This document shows positions 37,911-52,780 of a DNA stretch of 64,000 nt, in pieces. The translations under genes were made by a program, and so were the position numbers. Position 1 is the stretch's first letter, and the number at the start of each line of letters is the position of its first letter. The stretch comes from Dictyostelium discoideum. Its lineage: Eukaryota. The DNA lies in the NCBI GenBank assembly GCA_000004695.1, contig CM000154.2, forward strand, positions 3,616,001 to 3,680,000. The letters are read 5' to 3'. The notes below the pieces were generated by a model. That model searched no databases. It was not told the DNA's origin and was given only the letters and a program-made list of their open reading frames with translations.

Positions 37911-39670
37911 TTATAAAATAGTTTTTATACGTATCAAATTTATTAAAATAGTTGTACTTACCATTGAGACAAAATCGTCATTATATATTAAGTGTGGTTC
38001 TTTCTGTGATTGCGAAATTTGTGGATTTACAACAACAGCAGGAGCAGATTTTAATACTGATGTTTGTTTTTTCTGTTGTGATTGTTGATATTGTTCAAAT
38101 GATTGTAAATTTGTGTCATTATTGGTATTATCATTATTATTTTCATTATTATTTTCATCATTATTAGTATTATTGTTGTTATTATTAATATTATTATTTG
38201 TATTATTATTGTTATTATTAATATTATTTGTATTGTTATTATTATTATTTTCCAAGTTATTACTATTGTTTGGTTCTTGTGGTTTTAATGGGGCTTGTTG
38301 ATTTGTTACATTATTTAATTTATCGGAAGGTGATGTTATTGAGCTAGGTGTTTGTGGTGATGTATTAGATGGTGGCGGAGGTGAATTATCAGTATTAATA
38401 TTATTTATATTGTTACTATTTATATTATTGTTGATATTATTATTATTACTATTGATATTGTTATTATTATTATTGTTATTATTATTATTATTTGGTGATG
38501 GTATATTTGAAAAAGGTGGTTTTGGATACATTGATGGTGGTAATCTTGGTGGTTGTGGTGATTGCATTGCAAATGAAATTGCCCCTTTTGGTTGTGGGGA
38601 ATTTTGATGATACGGTGGAATACCACCATTATTATTATTTAAATGTGGTGGTGGATATTATTTTTACCATCTTTTTTTTAATTTTAAAAATTGAAATTTT
38701 AATATGTTAATTGGATAATAAAAAAAAAAAAAAAAAAAAAATTTAAAAAAAAGACTTACAAATTGGTTTAGCGCCTGCTTTTTTTGAAACAGGTTTTGGG
38801 TCATTCATTAATGACATTTTTTTTTTTTTTTTATATATACAATTACTATTTATTTATAAATATAAAATAATTTATAAAAAAAAATGTTGAAAATAANNNN
38901 NNNNNNNNNNNNNNNNNNNNNNNNNNNNNNNNNNNNNNNNNNNNNNNNNNNNNNNNNNNNNNNNNNNNNNNNNNNNNNNNNNNNNNNNNNNNNNNNTTCA
39001 CCACCACCACCATTAAAATGATTTGGTGGCCAACCATTGTTGGTATTTGGTGGCCAACCACCACTATTTGGAGGCATTTTATGATACATTTGTGATGGTG
39101 GGCCATGATATGGTGGTTGATGATGTGGTTGGTGGTGTGGTTGGTGATGTGGTTGAAAATGTTGTGGTGGCATACATAGTAGAGGTGGTTGATTATTAAA
39201 CCACCACCACCTCCTCCCCCATATCCACTATTATATCCATTATATCCACTATTCTGATTCATATGACCACCATATTGCTGTTGTTGTTGTTGATATTGTT
39301 GATTATTCATATTATTCATATTATTCATATTGTTATTATTATTATCAAATCTAGCTTTTTTATTGTTATTATTGTTATTGTTATTATTATTATCATCTTC
39401 TTCTTCATCAGGTATACCTTCCATACCATAAATTTCATATTCTGGTGAATCTCTACCAGGTTTTGCATTTGGTACTTTAGTTAAAATTTCTTTATGTACA
39501 GTTTGAACATGAACTACCATACCACTTGCACTTGCTAATTTTCTATTACAATGATTACATTTAAAATGTTTTGCTTTTTGATGTTGAATTAAAATCTTTT
39601 CATCTTCAAATACTCTCTCACAATACCAACAATAGGGTTTTTCTTGTGTTGATCTTTTCTTTTTACCCAT
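37911..39670 (-). CDS. ZNF207/BuGZ-like C2H2 zinc-finger protein; gene model broken in this assembly (frameshift, 100-N gap, foreign inverted fragment)
   Basis: N-terminus (M at 39670) [93 protein letters not shown] matches ZNF207 ([39 protein letters not shown]....G...H...VHKE....VPNA.PGR...[10 protein letters not shown]) almost residue for residue. Downstream Pro/Gly/His-rich low-complexity tail lies in two frames (ORFs 38846..39670 and 38850..39173) then hits the N run. Beyond the gap the Pro-rich frame resumes (...[49 protein letters not shown]..., ORF 37911..38567). A GTAAGT donor sits right after ...FVSM at 37962, so a further 3' exon may exist (candidate ...ag|GAGGAAAAAAGAGCCAAACTTCCAAGATATTCAAATAGAGATTAG near 37690-37640, low confidence). 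Confidence 0.65.
38640..38895 (-). repeat. Inverted duplicate of the elp3 5' region (promoter, exon 1, intron 1, first 12 nt of exon 2) abutting the assembly gap
   Basis: rc(38757-38818) = ATGTCATTAATGAATGACCCAAAACCTGTTTCAAAAAAAGCAGGCGCTAAACCAATTTGTAAGTC vs elp3 40306-40372 ATGTCATTAATGAATGACCCAAGACCTGTTTCAAAAAAAGCAGGCGCTAAACCAGTTTGTAAGTC (2 mismatches). Flanking matches extend from rc(38640) ~ 40470 to rc(38895) ~ 40240. Confidence 0.75.
38896..38996. other. Assembly gap (run of ~100 N)
   Basis: Literal n characters in lines 38881-38996. Interrupts the ZNF207-like coding region. Confidence 0.99.
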
Positions 39671-40305
39671 TCTAAATTAATTTTTAAATAAAAAAAAAAA
39701 ATATATATATATAAATTGTTTAAAGATGAAAACACAAAAATGATAAAATAAAAATTTTCAAAAAAAAAAAAATAAAAAAAAAAAAAGAAATTTTCAAAAT
39801 AAAAAAAAAATAAAAAAAATAAAAAAAAAATAAAAAATAAAAAAAAAAAAGTATCTAATTTATTAAAAAAATAATAATATTATTATTTATATTATTATTT
39901 ATATTTTTTTTCAATAATAATAAATTAGTACTTTAAAAGATAATCAAAATAGAAAAAAAAAAAAAAAAAAAAAAAAATTGAAAAAAAAAAAAAATTAAAA
40001 AAATTAAAAATAAAAATAAGGATATTTATTAAAAAAAGGTTTATAAAAAAAAAAAAAAGGAAATTAATTGGTCAAAATAAGGGCAGGGTTTTATTCTTAA
40101 ATTTTTACTAAAAAAAACCCAAAAATAAAAATTTTTTTTTTTTTAATTAAAATTTAAATTAAAAAAAGGAAAAAAAAAAAAAAAAAATCGAAAAATTCAA
40201 AATTTTTTTTTTTTTTTTTTTTTTTTTTATTTTCAACTTTTTTTTTTATAAATAATATTATATTTATAAATAAATAGTAATTGTATATATAAAAAAAAAA
40301 AAAAA

Positions 40306-42157
40306 ATGTCATTAATGAATGACCCAAGACCTGTTTCAAAAAAAGCAGGCGCTAAACCAGTTTGTAAGTCTTTTTTTTAAATTTTTTTTTTTTTTTTTTT
40401 TTTATTATCCAATTAACATATTAAAATTTCAATTTTTAAAATTAAAAAAAAGATGGTAAAAATACACCACAATTTACAAAAACTGTTGGTGAAATTGTAA
40501 ATGCATTAATTAATGCTTATAAAGAAGGTAAAAAAGTGAATTTATTAAAGATTAAAACAGAATTAGCAGCAAAGAATTCATTATCAGATCAACCAAAATC
40601 TGTTGATATTATATCAGCAATTCCAGAATCATATAAAAATACATTATTACCATTATTAAAAGCAAAACCAGTTAGAACAGCATCAGGTATTGCAGTTGTT
40701 GCAGTTATGTGTAAACCACATCGTTGCCCACATTTAGCAATGACTGGTAATATTTGTGTATATTGTCCAGGTAAGTTTTTTAATAATAATAAAAAAAAAA
40801 AAAAAAAAAGAAAAAAGAAACTAATAATAAATAAAAATAATAAAAATAAATAGGTGGACCAGATTCAGATTTTGAATATTCAACACAATCATATACAGGT
40901 TATGAACCAACATCAATGAGAGCAATTAGAGCACGTTATAATCCATTTTTACAAACACGTCATCGTATTGATCAATTAAAACGTTTAGGACATAATGTTG
41001 AAAAGGTAGAATTCATTATTATGGGTGGCACATTTATGTCATTACCATCAGATTATAGGGATTATTTCATTCGTAATTTACATGATGCCTTATCGGGTCA
41101 TACATCAAATAATGTTGCAGAAGCAGTTAAATATTCAGAGCAAAGTAATGTTAAATGTGTTGGTATTACAATTGAAACACGTCCAGATCATTGTTTAAAA
41201 CTTCATCTTAGTAATATGTTAACCTATGGTTGTACACGTTTGGAGATTGGTGTACAAAGTGTTTTCGAAGATATTGCACGTGATACAAATCGTGGTCATA
41301 CAGTGCGTGCCGTATTGGAGTCATTTCAATTGGCAAAGGATAGTGGTTTCAAAGTGGTTGCACATATGATGCCAGATTTACCAAATATGGGTATGGAGAG
41401 AGATATCTATGGTTTTATGGAGTTTTTTGAGAATCCAGCATTTAGAGCTGACGGTTTGAAAATCTATCCAACTTTGGTAATTCGTGGTACAGGTCTTTAT
41501 GAACTTTGGAAAACTGGAACCTATAAAAATTATTCACCCGATTCTTTGGTGGATTTAATCGCAAAGGTATTGGCTTTGGTACCACCTTGGACTCGTATCT
41601 ATCGTATTCAAAGAGATATTCCAATGCCATTGGTTACAAGTGGTGTCGAGTATGGTAATTTACGTGAACTTTGTCTTGCTCGTATGAAAGATTTTGGTAC
41701 AAAATGTAGAGATGTTCGTACTCGTGAAGTTGGTATTCAAGAGGTACATCATAAAATTAAACCAGATCAAGTCGAATTAATTCGTCGTGATTACGTTGCC
41801 AATGGTGGTTGGGAAACATTTTTAAGTTTTGAAGATCCAAAACAAGATATTCTCATTGGTTTACTTCGTCTTAGAAAATGTTCAGAAACTTCTTTTAGAC
41901 CAGAGTTAAAGGAAAATTGTTCAATCGTTAGAGAATTACACGTTTATGGTAGTGTAGTTGGTATTCATAATCGTGATCCAACTAAATTTCAACATCAAGG
42001 TTATGGTACTTTATTAATGGAAGAAGCTGAAAGAATTGCAAGAGAAGAACATGGTTCAATTAAATTGGCAGTTATCGCTGGTGTTGGTACTCGTCATTAT
42101 TATAGAAAATTAGGTTATGAATTAGATGGTGTTTACGTTTCAAAATATCTTGGTTAA
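40306..42157 (+). CDS. elp3: Elongator complex protein 3 (radical-SAM + GNAT acetyltransferase); 3 exons, 559 aa
   Basis: join(40306..40363, 40453..40770, 40854..42157). Donors T|GTAAGTC (40364) and G|GTAAGTT (40771), acceptors aaaaaag|ATGGTAAAAAT (40452) and aataaatag|GTGGACCAG (40853). 58+318+1304 = 1680 nt = 560 codons. Translation is near-identical to ELP3 orthologs over the whole length: ...[88 protein letters not shown]...[29 protein letters not shown]...[17 protein letters not shown]...[43 protein letters not shown].... Confidence 0.92.
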
Positions 42158-42198
42158 TTATAATAATTTTTTTTTCCCAAAATATATATACTTTTAAA

Positions 42199-42236
<38 letters not shown>

Positions 42237-42886
42237 TATAGAATTTTAATAAATAAAAAAAATAAAAAAATAAAAAAATAAAAAAAAATTATTTAATTCA
42301 ATATTTTATTTCAATTTCTAATTTTTTTTTGTTATTTTAACTTCTGGAAATTGACATTTTTGTTTTTTTTTTATTTTTTTTTTTTTGGAGATTTTGGACA
42401 TGGTGATTTTTTTTTTTTTTTGGAACAGTTTGGTTTGATTATATTGTATTTTTTATCCAAGTAAGATATGATTTGAGGTTTCCTTTTGATCACAAAAGGA
42501 GCATGGCTTGTTGAAGGCTTTTGGTAGTGCTTTGAGTTCGTATTGCCAGAGTAGGTTCAAATGTGTGGGATGTCATTGTCCATATGTTGTTGCTACTCAG
42601 CTTTTTAAAATATGTAAAATTGTAACTAAAGCAATGCAACGTAACGAAAGTAAATGTAACGAAAGTGGTCAATTGTAATGTTTAATAATTTATTTAGGAA
42701 TTTAAATTCTCTTAATATTTATAAATTTAAATATATTTTTATTTAATACTTTTTAAGCATATAATTTCTTTATTATTATTAATGTAGGGGATAATACACT
42801 CGGAAGACTGAAGTTGGTACTGAGAATCGAACTCACGATCTTAAATTAGCGAATCTGACAAACCATTAAAATTCATTGGTCCATAT

Positions 42887-42960
42887 GGTCGGATGGTGTA
42901 GTCGGTTATCACGGTTGCTTTACACGCAACAGGTCTCGAGTTCGATCCTCGGTCGGATCA
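42887..42960 (+). tRNA. tRNA-Val (anticodon TAC/UAC), copy 1
   Basis: Manual cloverleaf of GGTCGGA TG GTGT AGTCGGTTA TCAC G GTTGC TTTACAC GCAAC AGGTC TCGAG TTCGATC CTCGG TCGGATC A. Perfect 5-bp anticodon stem, loop TT-TAC-AC with U33 and A37, D-arm with GG, T-loop TTCGATC, 5-nt variable loop. The acceptor stem has one G5-G68 mismatch and one G-U pair, which lowers confidence slightly. Identical second copy 1400 bp downstream. Confidence 0.6.
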
Positions 42961-44286
42961 TATCTTTTTAATTTATTATTCTTTTTTCCTCAATCTATCT
43001 TATTTTTGTTCTCTGAGAAAATTTTCTATCGATTCACGCAAGTTTCATCGATTTTGGATGTCATTTGAGCAATTATCACAAACAATTTTTTTTTTTTTTT
43101 TTAAAATTTTTTTTTTTTTTTTCCAAATAATATTACTTTAAAAACAATCTAAATTCACAAAACAGATACAAATATTCCAAAGAAGGGATTTCAATCGACA
43201 CAATTAAAGGTTATATTTACAGTTAAATAATCAAAACATTCTCCAAATATACAAAAGGTAATGTTTAAATTTTACTCCATATGTTTAATATTAAACTAAT
43301 TAAAAATACACTGGAAAAAAACCTAAACTGGATTTAATTTATTATTTGATTTAATTTTAATACAAATATATTTAAATGGAACATGTTTATTCTATCAGAT
43401 TAAAAAATATTTATTTTTGCTTGTAAAAAATTAGAAGATTGTAGTACTTTATCAGATTATAAAAAATAATTCACACTCTATTAATTTTTAAATTTAAAAC
43501 TCTTACTCCTAATACAAAATGAAGCTAAATATCTTATGTTTTTTATTAATTTTCTTTAAATCTTTCAAATCAAACTAACCAAAATTTTTTAAAAAAAAAC
43601 GTTTTATTTATATTTAATTTTTTTATAATTGCGTTATCCAATTCAAAAAAAAATTTATTTTTAATTTTTTAATATGAAACAATAACAGACTCTAAAACGG
43701 AACTTGATCCTTCAATAGTTCAAGAAGTTCTTGCAATTTTATTAAGTGCCAAACCATTTGATTGTAAAACTAATGCATTAGAACCTCTATATGATAGGGA
43801 GATACCGTATCCTTTAAACCATTTACGAAAATCTTGACTCATATTTAGATATGAATCATCTAAAGAAACTATTGCAATTACAGTTTTTACGTGATTTAAT
43901 CTCTCCGACGAAACTAATAAAACCAAGTGAAGTGTCTTTAACACCAGGTAAATCTTCCATATATGTATCGCATTTTAACATTTTTACAACACTTGGATTT
44001 GATGGATCAAATGCAAATGCATTTATTCCACCACCATTCAATATATATGAAAGTAAATGTAACGAAAGTGGTAAATTGATCTGTAATTATTTATTTAGGA
44101 ATTTAAATTCTCTTGATATTAAAATTTAAATATATTTTTATTTAATACTTTTTTAGGCATATAATTTCTTTATTATTATTAATGTAAGGGATAATGCACC
44201 CAGAAGACTGAAGTGGGTACTGAGAATCGAACTTACGACCTTAAAGAAGCGATTCTGGCAAACCATTAAAATTCGATAGTTAATAT

Positions 44287-44360
44287 GGTCGGATGGTGTA
44301 GTCGGTTATCACGGTTGCTTTACACGCAACAGGTCTCGAGTTCGATCCTCGGTCGGATCA
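44287..44360 (+). tRNA. tRNA-Val (anticodon TAC/UAC), copy 2
   Basis: 74 nt identical to 42887-42960. Lies in a diverged tandem ~1.4-kb unit that also conserves ~240 bp of 5' flank (44044-44286 vs 42648-42886) and part of the 3' flank. Confidence 0.6.
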
Positions 44361-44486
44361 TATCTTTTTATTTAATTTTCTTTTTTTAAATCTATCTTAT
44401 TTTTGTTCTCTGAGAAATTTGCTATTGATTCATGCAAGTTTCACCTATTTTTATTTTGGTTTGAGCATCTATATATATATTTTTTT

Positions 44487-44520
<34 letters not shown>

Positions 44521-44840
44521 CAAAAAAAGGCTCTCAAGCCAGGTGAAAAACAGTAAAGTAATTCACAAAACAAATACCAACATTTCATAAAAGGAATTTC
44601 AAAAATGATAAGATGTTTATATTTCATGCCATATGTTTACCATTAAATTTTTAACACCAGCACCCCAGTAATAGAATGGATATAAACATATTTATAACTA
44701 AAAATTAAAAAAAAAAAAAAAAAAAAAAAACATAAATTATAATGATAATATAAAACAATAATAATATTTATAATAATAATAGTAATAATTGTAATAAAAA
44801 TAATAATAATAATTTTTTTAAAATTTTAATTTTATTTTAA

Positions 44841-46716
44841 TTAATTATAATATAAACTTTCACCAGTGTTAACTAAATAATAAACATTATTATGCATAAG
44901 TACAAATGTTATTGGAATAATAAATGCATTAAAATTTGAAAACATTAATAAATTTGTATTTTTTCTAAATATTTGAATTGGATGATTAAGTAAAGAAATA
45001 TCGTATTTAACTTGAAAGAGATAACGAATAACTAAAAATATCATATAACTTAGGAAACTTGAAAAGAATGCATAAATCACATCCAACATAAATGCTTCAA
45101 TCGAAATATCAAATGGATAAAATTTTGCATTATATGAAAACCTCAAACAAACTGCAAATAAAATATAAATTAATGGTACAGAACAATAACTATATTTAAA
45201 TACAAAAAAATTAATAATAAAAAAAGTTTGAATTAATATATTTATATTTATATTATATATTTTTTGTTTTTATAATTATTTACCTTATAAATGTATATAA
45301 AACTCTATCAACAACTCTAGTCATATGTTCATTTCTTTCCATTTCAATTGGGAAAAGTTGACCTAAAATTGTATAATATGGTTTTTCAAAACTATTTACA
45401 GTTGAAATCCAACTATTTTGTCTAGTTCTATCATGATGATCTTTAACTTGAGTTCTTAGATTCCAATATTTATCTGAAAGGAAGAAAAGATAACGAAACA
45501 TTACAACCACTCTTAAGAGTATTAAAACTAGGAAATTGATTTTTGTAAATCTACTAAATGCCCAACAAAATGTCATTTCCGAGATTGATTCAGTCCAATA
45601 GGTGATAATATTATGTTGATTTACTGGACAATATTTACGAGTGATCCAAAGTAATGCTTGATTACACATAAACACTTTGAAAAAGAATACTAACATCACC
45701 AAAGTTTGAGCTTCAATTAATGAAAAGAATATTACAAATGTAACACATAGGAATATAGTTGCAATTACAATCACCATAAATAACATGAAATGTAAGAAAT
45801 CAATAAAGAATCCCCAATTGAATCTTTCCGCTGATTTTAAATATAATAATGCCGGTAGGACTGATGCACTCATACCATAGGAAACTCCAATTACTACTGG
45901 TGGTGGATAACTTTCACTATATTGCGTTATACATGAAAATGTTACACTAACCAACAAGATATGAATTGCCATTGGTAATAACCAACTTTTAATACCTTTA
46001 CAAAATATTTGAGCCCATCCAACAATAAAAAATGAAATAAAACATGTTATAACAGGTATATACATTATTGTATATTCCCAACCCAATAGAAATCCACCAT
46101 ATGGTTTTGATAATGGTAAGAGTACACTAAAAAACACAGCAATCATTGGAAACACTAACATTCTTAAAATAAATGTAAAATTCTCTGAAATTTGTGCGAA
46201 TTTACTATACTTTAAATTACTTAAATTTCCACCTGCAGCAGTTGGATTACCCATACCATTAATTACAAATATTTTATCTGTTTGGTAATATGGTTGAACA
46301 AAATTATTTGGATATGCATTAACTGAATATGATGGTTTTATATTTGCTCCATTTGGTTCACTATCACTCTCTAATGAATTAATTTGATTATTATTACCAC
46401 TATTACTATTATTATTATTGTTATTATTGTTATTATTACCTGGTGTTGATCCTGTTGGTGTTGGATAGCTTAATCCAATTGGGATCTCTTGAAAATATCC
46501 ATTATGATTTGAATCTTGTTGATCATAACTATTCCCATACATTTTTGTTAAATCTTGATTATTATTATTATTATTAATATTATTATTATTATTAAAAAAA
46601 TTATTATTATTTATATTTTGATTATTTGATAAAGTTTTAATTATAGAATTATGTGAACGTGATTGTGAATATGATAATTTTGAAATTGGTATTTTGTTTA
46701 ATTCATTCAATTCCAT
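44841..46716 (-). CDS. Multi-pass (about 10 TM) integral membrane protein, family unassigned; 2 exons, 593 aa
   Basis: complement(join(44841..45189, 45284..46716)). Donor ...TTTATAAG|GTAAAT (phase 2) and acceptor aaatatag|T at 45190, a 94-bp intron. 1433+349 = 1782 nt = 594 codons. N-terminal ~170 aa soluble and Asn-rich, then many hydrophobic helices (FILRMLVFPMIAVFFSVLLPL, YIPVITCFISFFIVGWAQIF, LLPMAIHILLVSVTFSCI, VVIGVSYGMSASVLPALLYL, FMLFMVIVIATIFLCVTFVIFF, ...). Confidence 0.7.
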
Positions 46717-46859
46717 AAAATTTTTTTTTTTTTTTTTTATATATTATTTTGATTAAAAAAAAAAAAATAAAAAAATAAAAAAAAAATAATAAAAAAAAAA
46801 AAAAAAGATTAATAAAAAAAATAATTAACTGTTTATTATTTGTTTTAAATTAGGAAACG

Positions 46860-46904
<45 letters not shown>

Positions 46905-48674
46905 CAAAAAAAAAAATAAAATAAAATAAAACAAAAATAAATAAAATAGTAGCAAAAATAAATAAATAAAATTGATTGATTGTTTTTTGTTTTTTTTATA
47001 ATATTGTTATTATATATTATTTTTAAAATTAATAATAAATATTTTTTTTTTTTTAGTAATAATAATAGTAAATGTAATTTTTATAAAAAAAAAATATATT
47101 AAAAATATAAAAAAAAAAAAAAACTTTTTGGTAATTACTAATTATTTGAATAAATGAAATTGTTATTTGGCACAAACAAAAAAAAAAAAAAAAAAAAAAA
47201 ATTTAAATGATTAAAAGTACTAACCACTCAAAAATACGATTTTTTTATTTTATTTTTTTGATTTATATTTTTATTTAAAAAAAAATAGATAAAAATAAAA
47301 AATTAACAAATAAATATCCCACACTATACCTTTTTGGTTTTAAAAGAAAAAAAAAAAAAAAGAAAAAAAAAGATCAAAACAATTTTTATTTTTTTTAATT
47401 AATTTTGTTTTTTTATGATGTAGTTAGTGTTTACAAGATGAAAATTTCTTTTATTATTAAGAGAGAGATTAAAATTTTATTATTGTTATTTAAAAAATAT
47501 TTAGTGGGAAAATTGAGTGGGTCAAAAAATTTTTAATTTAATTTTTTAACATTTTTATGGTCCAAATTTTTCAAATTTTCTGTTAAGGGATCAAGCCCAC
47601 ACTAAAAATGATGAGCAAACTAGATTATTGAAAATACAAAAAGTTAAATGTAAAAATTTAAAAATCCTACATATCAAATATATATTTTTTATTTTTGTAT
47701 TTTTTTTTAGAAAACTATTGGCCTTTTTTTTTATATTGATATATACAGTTTTTGTTTATAAAAATATATGAAAATAGTTTTAAATTAATAAAGATGGTTT
47801 TATTTTAAAATTAAAAAAAAAAAAATTTAAATAAATTAAAATTAATACTTGTTACAAAAAAAATTTGTAAGTATAAAAAAAACAAACCCTCTGTTGAGAT
47901 TGTAAAAAAAAAAAAAAAAAAAATTATATTTAAAATTATTACATTTAGGATATGATATGCCTAATTCCAAAAAAAAAAAAACACTTTCATAATTTTATTT
48001 TAGTTTAAATAATATTATTTAACTAAACTAAAAAACCAAAATAATTTAAATTAAAATTATATATAAAAAAAAAAAAAAAATTTCTATTTATAGTAAATTA
48101 AAAATAATATTTTTTTTTTTTTTTTAGTACATCAATTGCAGAAGAATTAATAATTTTAATAGAAATATTTGGGAATGAATTTTTATACAATAATAAATAA
48201 AAAATGAAAACAATCCATCTAAAAAGAAAATAAAATTTTTTTAAAACAGATAAATGATGCAGATTAGCTGACCAAATTAAAAAAAAAAAAAAAAAAAAAT
48301 AATTAAAAAAAATGATTTTAATTTTTTTTTTTTTTAAAATTAATTAATATTCATTTTTTTTTTTCATTTTAATTTTCATTTTATTTTTCATTTTTTTTTT
48401 TTTTTTTCAAACAATAATTTAAATTTATTAATTCTTAAAATTAATTAAGTATAGATAAATAGAGCACACAAAAATACACAAAATGATATAAAAATTAAAA
48501 AAAATGAATGTGATCATTCTATTTTTTGAATTTTTTATTTTATTTTTTAAATCAAAAATTTTATTTTTTTGGGTGTCCAATTTGAATGTTTTTATCAATT
48601 TTTTATTATGATTATTTTTTTTTTATTTTTTTTTTTTTATTTTTTATTTTTCAAACCAAAACCCAACACATAAA

Positions 48675-51604
<2,930 letters not shown>

Positions 51605-51945
51605 ATGTCAAAATAGTAAACATTTAAAATAAAAATCCTTGTGGACATATTTTTGAGTAAATTTTAACATATAATATTTTATTTTATTTTATTTTGTTTT
51701 TTTTGTTCCAATATTGATACTAAAGGTAGTAAATAATTAATGCCACATAAGAATTTTAAGGATATGAAGTGGTGATATTACAAAAAAGAATTTTTTTTAT
51801 TTTTATTTTTATTTTTTTTAAAATTTTAAGTTATCAAAATAACACCTATTTTTATTTTTTTTTTTTTTTTTTTTATTTTTTTTTAAAATTAAATTATCAA
51901 ATTTTTTTTTTTTTTTTTTAAACTCAAAACAAAATAGCACACAAA

Positions 51946-52723
51946 ATGAAAGAAAGTGAAGATATAATTATAAATAATCAAAATAGGTGTACACTTCATC
52001 CAAATAAAAATTTAGAATTTTTATGTTTGAATTGTAAATTTATGCCATGTTGCAGTCTTTGTACGTCTCGTAAAGGTGAACATCATGGTCATAAAACTGA
52101 TTCATTTGAATCATCAGCATCAAATATTCATTTATTAATTAATGAATTTAAAGATAATATCTATCCAAAATTAATTGAAAGAAAAGAAAATGATCAAATA
52201 TTATTAAAAGAATCAAATGAAACTTTCAAAGAAATTCAATCACAAAATGATAATAATAATAATTTATTAAAAAATGAATTTAAACAAATTCACAATATAC
52301 TTTCATTTGTTGAATTCGATATCGAAAAACAACTATCAAAAAACTTAGATCAAAATATATTGATAAATACAATTATAACTTCTTCAATCGACAATGATAA
52401 TAAAATCATTTCAACAATTTTAAATAATAATAATAATTCAATTATTGATAAATTAAATTATTTTACACAAATTAATAATCAACAAGATAATGACGACAAT
52501 GATGATTACTATCAAATTGATACAGATACTATTGAATTAATTAAACAATATCAAAACTCATTATTAATATTAAAAAATAGCAATAATATCAATAATTTAA
52601 CAAAACTAAAAGAATATAATAATCAAATCTTAAAATTCGATAATCAAACAATTAATAATATTAAAAATAGTTTTAAATCGATATACTCTTTTGGTGATAT
52701 TCCTAATGATGCTATTGATTATA

Positions 52724-52780
<57 letters not shown>

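Noticed and set aside
42786-42870. Possible second tRNA on the minus strand immediately upstream of tRNA-Val copy 1
   Set aside because: Only a T-arm plus a 3' acceptor half is present (GTGAGTTCGATTCTCAGTACCAAC). No complementary 5' acceptor strand, D-arm or anticodon arm could be folded. Kept as a note inside the tRNA finding rather than as a feature.
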